This document shows positions 16,967 to 24,409 of a DNA stretch of 25,462 nt, piece by piece. Each line of letters begins with the position of its first letter. Position 1 is the first letter of the stretch. The notes below the pieces were generated by a model. It was not told where the DNA came from and made no database searches. It saw only the letters and a program-made list of their open reading frames with translations. Where the stretch lies: IMG/VR virus record IMGVR_UViG_2698536672_000007. One strand, given 5' to 3'. The translations under genes were made by a program, and so were the position numbers. This DNA is from a virus (lineage: Duplodnaviria > Heunggongvirae > Uroviricota > Caudoviricetes).

Positions 16967-17156
16967 CTAACCACCCTTATGGCAAAACCGAACCACTTTT
17001 CAAACAATCATACACCAAAAAAACCTTTTTAAGGTAATTTTGAACCAAAAAAAATATTTTTAGCACCACAAATGCTCAAAACAAAACCAGTGACACTTTT
17101 GTATAACAACTAAAACCACCTATCGACAAAAATTTAGCTAAACCTTTTCAGCGCGC

Positions 17157-17176
17157 GCTCGTATCCCCGCCACGCC
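17157..17176. other. Candidate cohesive-end (cos) site of the P2/186 family
   Basis: Reverse complement reads GGCGTGGCGGGGATACGAGC; the first 13 nt match the G-rich core I recall for P2/186 cohesive ends (GGCG[A/T]GGCGGGGA...). Recalled, not searched. Confidence 0.4.
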
Positions 17177-17220
17177 TGCCCGCTTTATGTAGTGGTTTTC
17201 ATGCACCTGCATGATCTACG

Positions 17221-17246
17221 CAAAAGCCCGCCAGTTCTGGCGGGCC
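17221..17246 (-). terminator. Rho-independent terminator candidate for the minus-strand SOS operon
   Basis: Inverted repeat GCCCGCCA-GTTC-TGGCGGGC (8-bp GC-rich stem) followed on the minus strand by TTTTG. Confidence 0.5.
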
Positions 17247-17380
17247 TTAGCAAAAACGATCCTCAAACGATCATGCGATCTCATGCGGCATAGACATGCA
17301 CTACAGAGCTAACGCCTCGCAAGGGCTCGTTGTTCAACCTTGCTGACGCCAGAAACAAGTTCAGACGCCAGCAACGTTTC

Positions 17381-17614
17381 TTAATGCAGCCAGCTGTCGT
17401 CTTCCCACACCTTCTGCATAATTTTCATCACTTGTTTTCTTTCTTCGTCCAGTTGCAGTCCGGTCAGTTCCACACCGTTAGAGCTACCTTTGCGGATACG
17501 AATTACCGTTTTGGGATACAGGGGGCGCAGATTGCGGTAAAGCTCGGATTCAAGGGCGTCCAGTGTAGACTGGCTAATCTTTTGCTCTTTATCGATCATT
17601 ATTTCAATGCGCAT
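17381..17614 (-). CDS. DinI-like protein (SOS-regulated RecA modulator family)
   Basis: 77 aa from ATG 17614 (MRIEIMIDKEQKISQSTLDALESELYRNL...KIMQKVWEDDSWLH); recalls E. coli DinI in length, the MRIE start and the acidic W-containing C-terminus. SD GAGGTGA with a 5-nt spacer. ORF-track start 17686 is upstream in the same frame. Confidence 0.6.
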   Translation of the reverse strand: MRIEIMIDKEQKISQSTLDALESELYRNLRPLYPKTVIRIRKGSSNGVELTGLQLDEERKQVMKIMQKVWEDDSWLH

Positions 17615-17624
17615 AAAAGTCACC

Positions 17625-17813
17625 TCAGCTGATGACATCCATTGAGCGGTTGTATTCGTGGGTTCTGATTTTTGCCATGAGTTCATCTGTCAGTTCAGAA
17701 ACCCACTGCAGGGCCAGCCCCTTCTCTTCATCACTACACTCACTAGCCGCTACAAGCTTAAGAAAAAAATCAATGCGCTGGAGCTTCAAAGACTCCAAAA
17801 AATAGTCCTGCAT
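17625..17813 (-). CDS. Small protein in a LexA-controlled operon; possible Tum-like antirepressor N-terminal module
   Basis: 62-aa ORF with ATG at 17813 preceded by AGGAGG; a LexA box lies in its promoter region; position between A and cos corresponds to the 186 tum locus. Confidence 0.45.
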   Translation of the reverse strand: MQDYFLESLKLQRIDFFLKLVAASECSDEEKGLALQWVSELTDELMAKIRTHEYNRSMDVIS

Positions 17814-17853
17814 CTTTCCTCCTATGACACCAAAGCAATACTGTATACATAAC

Positions 17854-17873
17854 CACTGTTTATATTTACAGTA
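17854..17873 (-). promoter_or_regulatory. LexA (SOS) box
   Basis: cACTGTttatatttACAGta matches the CTGT-N8-ACAG consensus (TACTGTATATATATACAGTA) at 17 of 20 positions; about 40-60 bp upstream of the 62-aa ORF. Confidence 0.6.
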
Positions 17874-17965
17874 TATAATAATCTTACTGATGTAAAACGT
17901 TTTTTTACGTTCATCAGCCTGATATGCCTGGTATTATTAAGAGCACGAATTGTTAACCCGCGTAA

Positions 17966-20380
17966 TTAATACAGATTCCGCCACTTATCATCTTCCCGCA
18001 AACGCTGGTTCCGATAGAAGATACGCAGGCCTGCTCCTGACGGAATACTGCCACCGCGAAGGAGTAAATCGACCTCTTTCTCGCTGCCATCAAATCCTCT
18101 GGACTTCAGTTCATAGACGAGCTGCTGTCGCTGATCATCTGTAATTCGCTGTTTGTAGTCTTTACGCCGTTTCGGCTTAACCAGGCGTAACCTTGCTGCC
18201 AGTTCCCGGCGCTCTTTTTTGCTCATACTGTGCAGGTAATCGTGCAACTCCTTGTCATCCATGCGGGTAATGTCCGTTCTGGTGTCCCCATCAGCTGATT
18301 TATCTTTCTCCTGTTGGTTCAAATTTTCCGCAAGGGGACAGTTATTGCCACGAGTCCAAGGGGCGCAAGCGCCCTGGTCGGCTGCCGCCTCCTGAACGTC
18401 AACGGCTTTACGAACCATTTTCCACTTCACTGCATGAGTGCAGATCTTGCCCTCTGCAATGGGTGACCAGATGCCATAAATACGAATGCCGTGATCGCCA
18501 TAGGCGGTCGGCTCTTCGTTGATTTCATAAGCGGTTCTGATGAGGTGATATTTACGGGGAACCAGTACGCCGCCCTGCTTCATGATGTAGGTGGCAAAAC
18601 AACCAGCATCAGCAGCAGCCAGAATGGCATCAAGACGCGGGTTATCCAGTACCGGCGCACCTGCTTTTTTGTCACCCTGTTGCCTTGCCGCCTGACCAGC
18701 CAGCAAGCGAAGTTCACGGTAAGCCTGACGCCCCGGAATACCAAAGAAGCGGAATTGCTGAACACGATGCAGAGACGCCCAGGCATTCACGTATTCAGCG
18801 TTATCACGCAGAGATTTACCCGTTTCCTTGCTGATCTCGCCAGCCAGACCACGACCGTCAATGTTCTTACTGATATATTTCGCGATGTAGCTTGTCGGCG
18901 TTCCTTTGCGCGGGTTAATCAACTCAGACTTAAAGCGCGGCCCAGTGTTATTGCCCAGCTCCTCGCGGTCTTCACGGATGGCAAACTTACGCAGTAATGC
19001 AGTGATGGCACGGCGGTCTTTTTTGCGCATGAAACACAACAGGTGCCAGTGAACTGTGCCATCATGATGCGGCTCAGCCACCCGCACGCCATACCAGCGC
19101 AACCCGGCTTTGTGCATCGCCTTACGAAATGCAGCAAACATGCCGACCAGATAATCGCTGCTTTGTCTTACCGTCGCGTTTGTCCAGGTCGGGTTTGGTC
19201 TGCCGTTATTTAGCGTGGAATGGAAACGCGACGGACAGGTGATAGTGTAGAAAACGGCGCAGTCACCGCGCATTTCCGCGATAAGCTCCAGACCTTTAAC
19301 ACAGGCCATCATCTCATTGCGGCGATGCGCAGGGTTGCTGCTGCTGGCGTTTACCACATCCTCCATGTCCAGCGTGTCGCCGTCTTCGTTCACCAGTTCA
19401 TGAGAACGGAAAAACTCCAGCGACTTACGGCGCTGCTCACGTTTATGCATCACGGCTTCATAGCTGACATAAGGAGATGCTTTTTTGCTGACCAGGCAAA
19501 CAGCGCGCAACTGCTCTTCCCGCCATTCGCAACGCATCTTCCATAATTTCCGGTACCACCAGTCGGCGCACAACATACGCGCCAGCGAACCCGGAATGAG
19601 TTCATAGGGCACGGGTTTACGGCGGTTTCTTTTCCGACGGAGTTGCTCAAACGCAGGTGGGATGACATCCAGACGCAGGGTTTCCGCTGCCACCTTTTCC
19701 CATGTCTTGCGGATTTCTTCTGGCTTAACGTCATCGGTGGCATACAAATCACCACAAGCTGCATCAAGGCACATACTCATATGCGCAGCTACCAGGGTGG
19801 ACAGGCGTTTCACCTGATCCTGACTCATTTCAGGCAGGATCAGCAGGCCGTCCAGCCCTTCATGGCTTGCCATAAAGCGAAAAGATGCAGATAGCTGACT
19901 GTCGCGTACATGCTCCAGTCGTTCCAGACATGGCTTAATCGTCTCACGTAAATAGCGGGAATAAGCCTTTGGCCTGCCCAGGCTGCTGAAGTATTCAATA
20001 CGTTGCATCAGCGGCTTGCTGATATGGGAAGGCTGGGCGTTGACGTCCGCCAGAATGACCATGTCTGAATTAAAACGCTGCTGCTCATGCGCCAGCTTTG
20101 CCCGGCTAATGAGCTTATCCTGCTCCATTTCGCGCTGGACAGGATCACGTGATTCATTAAAGAAATAACGCTCCCAGACCTGATCACTCAGTGCCTCGCG
20201 GCGCAACTGTTCCTGCTCGTTATCGGCAGCGTACAGAGTGATCAGGTTTGAAAGCGTAGAAACCGGCGCAACTTCCGCCGGGTCCAGATAAGGGTTAATG
20301 GCCTTTTTCGGGCTGTTCCATGAGAATGCTGCGGCAGCCTCGTTAAAGCCGCAGCAGTTGTTCATATCGGCATGACTCAT
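17966..20380 (-). CDS. A: Replication initiation endonuclease (P2 gpA-like rolling-circle initiator)
   Basis: 804-aa ORF with ATG at 20380; contains [14 protein letters not shown], matching the conserved active-site tyrosine region of P2 gpA as I recall it. Confidence 0.85.
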   Translation of the reverse strand: MSHADMNNCCGFNEAAAAFSWNSPKKAINPYLDPAEVAPVSTLSNLITLYAADNEQEQLRREALSDQVWERYFFNESRDPVQREMEQDKLISRAKLAHEQQRFNSDMVILADVNAQPSHISKPLMQRIEYFSSLGRPKAYSRYLRETIKPCLERLEHVRDSQLSASFRFMASHEGLDGLLILPEMSQDQVKRLSTLVAAHMSMCLDAACGDLYATDDVKPEEIRKTWEKVAAETLRLDVIPPAFEQLRRKRNRRKPVPYELIPGSLARMLCADWWYRKLWKMRCEWREEQLRAVCLVSKKASPYVSYEAVMHKREQRRKSLEFFRSHELVNEDGDTLDMEDVVNASSSNPAHRRNEMMACVKGLELIAEMRGDCAVFYTITCPSRFHSTLNNGRPNPTWTNATVRQSSDYLVGMFAAFRKAMHKAGLRWYGVRVAEPHHDGTVHWHLLCFMRKKDRRAITALLRKFAIREDREELGNNTGPRFKSELINPRKGTPTSYIAKYISKNIDGRGLAGEISKETGKSLRDNAEYVNAWASLHRVQQFRFFGIPGRQAYRELRLLAGQAARQQGDKKAGAPVLDNPRLDAILAAADAGCFATYIMKQGGVLVPRKYHLIRTAYEINEEPTAYGDHGIRIYGIWSPIAEGKICTHAVKWKMVRKAVDVQEAAADQGACAPWTRGNNCPLAENLNQQEKDKSADGDTRTDITRMDDKELHDYLHSMSKKERRELAARLRLVKPKRRKDYKQRITDDQRQQLVYELKSRGFDGSEKEVDLLLRGGSIPSGAGLRIFYRNQRLREDDKWRNLY

Positions 20381-21234
20381 GCACGTACTCCGTACACGGC
20401 AGAACTATCCACGCCACGCGAATAATCAAATCCCATCCAGCAGCGCGGCCCGGAAACAGCAATGATTTCTGTTGCTGATTTACCCTCGCCAGCTGCCACA
20501 CCGATGCTGCGTTTTACCTTGATATAGTGGTGAGTAAAATTGCGATACAGCGAACGGATCAGGGATGTGTCACTGTTAGAAACAATGACTGGATGTCCTT
20601 CTGATGACCGATGTTCAAGAACGGATGCCAGGTGATACTGGTCATCTTCAGTGAAACCATCAGTGTGATAGCCGGAAAACGTACCGTCATACGGCGGATC
20701 GCAATACACCACATCTCCCGCCTTCAACATCGCCAGCGTTTCATCAAAGCTGGCGCAGATAAACGTTGCTCGCTGGGCTTTTTCTGCAAATGTGCGAAGT
20801 TCTTTTTCAGGGAAATACGGATTTTTATAATTACCGTAGGGGATGTTGAAATGCCCGCTCTTGTTATAGCGACATAAACCACGGTAACCGTGACGATTAA
20901 GATACAGGAAATATACCGCTTTCATGAAATCAGTAATTTCAGTTGAGCAGTTAAACTCCTGCCTTATGTTGTAATAAGCCACCTCCCTGTTTGCGATCTC
21001 AAATAAAACTCTGGCGCGAGATATAAACGATTCACAATCAGCGGCAACCTTTTTATAGAGGTTGATTAAATCAGGATTAATATCCGCAACCAGATAGCTG
21101 GGATAATCCGTTTCCATCATCACAGCACAGGAACCCGCGAAAGGTTCAACCAGTCGCGGGCCAGCAGGAAGGTATTTTTTCAGTTCTGGCATAATGGCGG
21201 TTTTATTTCCCGCCCATTTCAGGATGGTGCTCAT
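20377..21234 (-). CDS. DNA adenine methyltransferase (Dam family)
   Basis: ORF-track start 21294 is TTG; ATG at 21234 gives [11 protein letters not shown]... with AdoMet motif EPFAGSCAV and catalytic DPPY; its ATG overlaps the upstream gene stop. Confidence 0.8.
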   Translation of the reverse strand: MSTILKWAGNKTAIMPELKKYLPAGPRLVEPFAGSCAVMMETDYPSYLVADINPDLINLYKKVAADCESFISRARVLFEIANREVAYYNIRQEFNCSTEITDFMKAVYFLYLNRHGYRGLCRYNKSGHFNIPYGNYKNPYFPEKELRTFAEKAQRATFICASFDETLAMLKAGDVVYCDPPYDGTFSGYHTDGFTEDDQYHLASVLEHRSSEGHPVIVSNSDTSLIRSLYRNFTHHYIKVKRSIGVAAGEGKSATEIIAVSGPRCWMGFDYSRGVDSSAVYGVRA

Positions 21235-21458
21235 ACAGCACCTCCGTTGTAATGTTTGCCTTTCAGTTCTGCGATTTCCTGACAGGTAATGCAAAGCTGC
21301 ACTCCCGGAATGGCGCGGCGTCGTGCTGGCGGAATTGGCGCTTCACATTCAATGCAAAGTACGCGTGACACGCCCGGTGATTTGGCACGGGCTGCACGGA
21401 TATGGCGCTGGCGTTCTTCTTCAACGCGCTGCTGTACGAGATCCATTGCATCAGCCAT
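21231..21458 (-). CDS. TraR/DksA-type C4 zinc-finger protein
   Basis: 75-aa ORF with ATG at 21458; two CxxC pairs (CIEC ... CITC). Confidence 0.65.
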   Translation of the reverse strand: MADAMDLVQQRVEEERQRHIRAARAKSPGVSRVLCIECEAPIPPARRRAIPGVQLCITCQEIAELKGKHYNGGAV

Positions 21459-21691
21459 TAGTGGATCTCCTGCGCTTCGTTCTGGATTGCTTCAGCAGTC
21501 ACGCGCAGCAGTTCTGCCGCTTCCACGTGGTTTAGCTGGCGGGATGAGATATGACACGCCAGGCTATCAAGGCGAGCAGCCATTGCTTCAGCCCTTGCCC
21601 GGCGTTCTTCCAGACGAGCCTCTGTCAGTAAAATATTAAGCCCTGCGTCATCCGGTCCGGTTTTAGTCGTGAGGGTTTCAATATTACGCAT
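21458..21691 (-). CDS. Hypothetical early protein
   Basis: ORF in the early operon; first in-frame ATG at 21691 (ORF-track start 21697 is TTG); no recognisable motifs. Confidence 0.4.
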   Translation of the reverse strand: MRNIETLTTKTGPDDAGLNILLTEARLEERRARAEAMAARLDSLACHISSRQLNHVEAAELLRVTAEAIQNEAQEIH

Positions 21692-21758
21692 AATCAATTC
21701 TCCTGAATTTAGATAAAGGGATGCCCGGCGGGTTTACGCCATTAATTTCATTAGTTGG

Positions 21759-22100
21759 TTAATTCGGCATGGTTAGCCGTCTGGGAAATAAGCTCACCAC
21801 TGCACGAAAATGATTCATTGCTTTAATCAGCTCCCGCTTTTCGTCAGTGGTCAGCTCATTAATGCTGATGCTATGACGTTCAGCTGGAATTTTTGCCATA
21901 AAGAATATGGCAGCCAGTGCCCGTTTATTTTGTTCATTATTGATATCCCGTGGATCACGCATATCTTTAATAAACCGCTCAAGCTCTGACTCAATATTCA
22001 GGCCAAAAACTTTCGCCCTTAACTCTGCAATGTGATTAAGTCCATTCAGGCGTTCACCGGGGCTTAATGGAACAGTTGCTGCAGCGCCATTAATTGCCAT
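21759..22100 (-). CDS. Hypothetical early protein
   Basis: 113-aa ORF with ATG at 22100, co-oriented in the early operon. Confidence 0.45.
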   Translation of the reverse strand: MAINGAAATVPLSPGERLNGLNHIAELRAKVFGLNIESELERFIKDMRDPRDINNEQNKRALAAIFFMAKIPAERHSISINELTTDEKRELIKAMNHFRAVVSLFPRRLTMPN

Positions 22101-22122
22101 ACTTCATATCCCCCAAACGCAG

Positions 22123-22347
22123 CTATCGTTCTTTGTTCTTACGGTAACGCTCAAGAGGAGATACATTTTTTCGTATCGTCTCTTTAACCTGCTCTCCCCG
22201 TAAAAACGTCCCATCCTTTAACGTGAAAAAGTAACTGCCATCGCCCGACAATGACGGATAGCAACAGAGCAAATCATCTTCAGGTACTGAATAACTCTCC
22301 CCTCTGTAACGAAACTGATAAACCACTTCACTTTCTGCCGCATACAT
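22123..22347 (-). CDS. Hypothetical small early protein
   Basis: 74-aa ORF with ATG at 22347 preceded by GGAG with a 9-nt spacer; protein-like composition. Confidence 0.45.
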   Translation of the reverse strand: MYAAESEVVYQFRYRGESYSVPEDDLLCCYPSLSGDGSYFFTLKDGTFLRGEQVKETIRKNVSPLERYRKNKER

Positions 22348-22514
22348 TTGGACTTTCTCCGTTTCCTCGTGGTCAATTCAGACAGCAATTCATCTTGTGA
22401 ATGACATGGATGCCAGCGTTTTCCATCCTCACCCGTGATCCAACCGTGACCGTAGTGCATTGCCGGGCTTTGTTTTACCAGCAGCGATGCAAATGATGGT
22501 TCTTTCGTCAGCAT
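22218..22514 (-). CDS. Questionable ORF overlapping cII 3' end and the 74-aa ORF
   Basis: ATG at 22514 (ORF-track start is GTG at 22544). The C-terminal half is Cys/Arg-rich and overlaps 22123..22347 in another frame, so it may be partly spurious. Confidence 0.25.
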   Translation of the reverse strand: MLTKEPSFASLLVKQSPAMHYGHGWITGEDGKRWHPCHSQDELLSELTTRKRRKSKCMRQKVKWFISFVTEGRVIQYLKMICSVAIRHCRAMAVTFSR

Positions 22515-22521
22515 AAGCACC

Positions 22522-23031
22522 TCACAGCAAACCGAATGAAGCACCGAGGCCAGTCACGGTATCAACTGCACTCGCCATCGCAGGATTAGCCTGTAAACGG
22601 GCCTGCAATGAAACAGCAGCCAGCGCCATCAGTCGTGTTACAGAGTTAATGCTGCTGATAGCATCACGACGACCGGCACTAGTTTTTACATCACCAGATA
22701 CCGCACCTGCTGCAACACGCCCGATCTCTGCAGTTGCGCTCATGACGTAATGCGGCAGTTTCTCTTTTGCTACCTCATTAATCGGTACACATGGCAGACA
22801 ATGAATCTGTGCCAGAAAACCATCTACCAACGTTGAATCTTCAGTCAGATCGGTAAGCAGCCAGATTTCTGGTGCGGTTAATAAATGAGGTTGAGCTGGG
22901 TTCAGCTTGTTCCGCAGAATCTGCACATTCATGCCCGCACGTTCTGCCAGTTGCACCAGATTGTGGCGCAGTGCGAATGCACGACAGGCTTCATCAAAAT
23001 GTGGATGTTTGGAAACTTGGTAATCAAACAT
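22522..23031 (-). CDS. cII: CII-like lysogeny establishment activator (phage 186 type)
   Basis: ATG at 23031 gives 169 aa starting [37 protein letters not shown]..., matching 186 CII as I recall it. ORF-track start 23040 is TTG. Confidence 0.8.
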   Translation of the reverse strand: MFDYQVSKHPHFDEACRAFALRHNLVQLAERAGMNVQILRNKLNPAQPHLLTAPEIWLLTDLTEDSTLVDGFLAQIHCLPCVPINEVAKEKLPHYVMSATAEIGRVAAGAVSGDVKTSAGRRDAISSINSVTRLMALAAVSLQARLQANPAMASAVDTVTGLGASFGLL

Positions 23032-23095
23032 GGTTTTCAACTCCGAACTTATCGCAAAATCGAACTCAGCGTCTTATTGCGAAAATAGACGTCTA

Positions 23096-23299
23096 TTAAG
23101 CAGACAAAGCATCAACAGTCAGAGCAGCCAGGTTAATCATTACCTTTTCACGTTTTTTGTCTTTACGAAGACGATGACGAGGTAGTCGGCCATCAGCCAA
23201 CATGTCGTTAATCGTATCAATAGAAAGGCCAGTCAGTTCGCTATAACGTTCGATTGTGACATGTGGTGTATTCAGAGTAATTGAAATGTTAGGTGTCAT
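23096..23299 (-). CDS. apl: Apl-like excisionase/lytic-switch repressor (HTH)
   Basis: 67-aa ORF with ATG at 23299; HTH-like [19 protein letters not shown]; first gene of the early operon, divergent from cI as in 186. Confidence 0.6.
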   Translation of the reverse strand: MTPNISITLNTPHVTIERYSELTGLSIDTINDMLADGRLPRHRLRKDKKREKVMINLAALTVDALSA

Positions 23300-23388
23300 A
23301 AGGCAACATTCCTTCTAGATATGGCTTGTGGCGAGCCGTTGTTTGTCGTGATTAGTAGTGAAGGCTCCAAAAGAACACTTCTGGTTCA

Positions 23389-23417
23389 ACTTTAAGATCG
23401 CTTTTGGAATCTGTCAA
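23389..23417 (-). promoter_or_regulatory. Candidate lytic promoter pR (-35 TTGACA, 17-bp spacer, -10 TAAAGT) directed towards apl
   Basis: Minus strand reads TTGACA-N17-TAAAGT in the apl-cI intergenic region. Confidence 0.45.
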
Positions 23418-23444
23418 CGAATTTTGGATTTTTTTGGAGGACTT

Positions 23445-24014
23445 GTGGATTTCAATAGCGGCGGTAAGAAAGCCATAGAACGTTTAGTTGAAGCATATGG
23501 GTTCGGTACCCGTCAGGCTCTATGTGATCATTTAGGTGTTTCTAAGAGCACCATGGCAACGCGCTATATGCGTGATATTTTTCCAGCAGATTGGGTAATC
23601 CAGTGCGCCCTTGAAACGGGCACCTCGCTTAATTGGCTAACAACAGGGCATGGTTCAAAGCAAGCATCAGCAAATACAAATACTATAGAAGTAGAAAAAT
23701 ATTTATTGTCTGATGGAGCATTGCAGAAAGACGGTTTTTATATTTTTGATAAGGGATTTCTACCCTCTACGTTTAAAAAACCTTTTGTCATCACAGATAA
23801 CAATTCTGAATTTATTTGTGATAAAGAATTTGATGATATACGTGATGGTAAATGGGTAATAAGTATTGATGGCGAAATAACGATCCGTGACATTACTCGT
23901 TTACCCGGTGGAAGAATCTTCGTCGAGGGTGGAAACAGAGCCTTCGAATGCAAGATAGAAGACATTGAAATAATTGGTAAAATTATAAGTTTAACAGTCA
24001 AGTATGTTAAATAG
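23445..24014 (+). CDS. cI: CI-like immunity repressor (HTH N-terminal domain, AT-rich C-terminal domain)
   Basis: ORF-track start 23358 is GTG and would place pR inside the gene; GTG at 23445 preceded by GGAGG gives 189 aa, close to the ~192-aa 186 CI. HTH-like QALCDHLGVSKSTMATRYMRD. Start uncertain. Confidence 0.65.
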   Translation: MDFNSGGKKAIERLVEAYGFGTRQALCDHLGVSKSTMATRYMRDIFPADWVIQCALETGTSLNWLTTGHGSKQASANTNTIEVEKYLLSDGALQKDGFYIFDKGFLPSTFKKPFVITDNNSEFICDKEFDDIRDGKWVISIDGEITIRDITRLPGGRIFVEGGNRAFECKIEDIEIIGKIISLTVKYVK

Positions 24015-24029
24015 TACCGGGAGGAAACT

Positions 24030-24221
24030 ATGCTTGGTAAGGTATTTTTTGTGGTTTTGTCATGTTCTTTGTTATTAAACCCACTAACTACCTATGCTAG
24101 AAATTATCCCTGCTCAGGGAAAAAGGGAGGTGTTTCTCACTGTACCTCAGATGGCAAATTCGTTTGCAATGATGGAACTATTAGTAAATCCAAAAAAATC
24201 TGTACTAAAAACTCACGATAA
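24030..24221 (+). CDS. Small secreted cysteine-rich protein (possible lysogenic-conversion moron)
   Basis: 63 aa; ATG at 24030 preceded by GGGAGG with a 6-nt spacer; signal peptide [23 protein letters not shown] followed by a ~40-aa Lys-rich mature region with four Cys; AT-rich. Confidence 0.5.
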   Translation: MLGKVFFVVLSCSLLLNPLTTYARNYPCSGKKGGVSHCTSDGKFVCNDGTISKSKKICTKNSR

Positions 24222-24409
24222 CTTTTGCTTTTATATCTGCGTCTAAAATAAAAATGAGCCGCAGGTTAACCGCAAAAGTTACATGCTCACATAGCAAAAA
24301 GAATAGCCAACTTAATTATGGCTTCAGTGAGATGTATGGTCGTAGGATTTCATACATTGACACTGGTTATACATACAGTGAAAATGCTCTCTACTGGAGG
24401 GCATTTTTT

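Noticed and set aside
17200-17310. Repeated CATGC/GCATG motifs (catgcacctgcatg, tcatgcgatctcatgcggcatagacatgcac)
   Set aside because: Short motifs that partly reflect the overlapping GATC/ATG-rich sequence; too little to call a binding-site array, so only the GATC cluster is reported.
17330-17632. 100-aa plus-strand ORF
   Set aside because: Antisense to the DinI-like gene and crossing the terminator/GATC region; no SD.
18491-18997. 168-aa plus-strand ORF and other small ORFs inside A (18580..18786, 18919..19137, 19220..19546, 19450..19767, 19643..19894)
   Set aside because: All are embedded in either strand of the 804-aa replication gene A and are best explained as chance frames.
24254-24409. 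Upstream extension of the integrase ORF (402-aa version) and embedded ORFs 24318..24593, 24350..24532
   Set aside because: P2/186-family integrases are about 335-350 aa; the in-frame ATG at 24410 with an upstream GGAGGG is more plausible, and the extension is an AT-rich leader.
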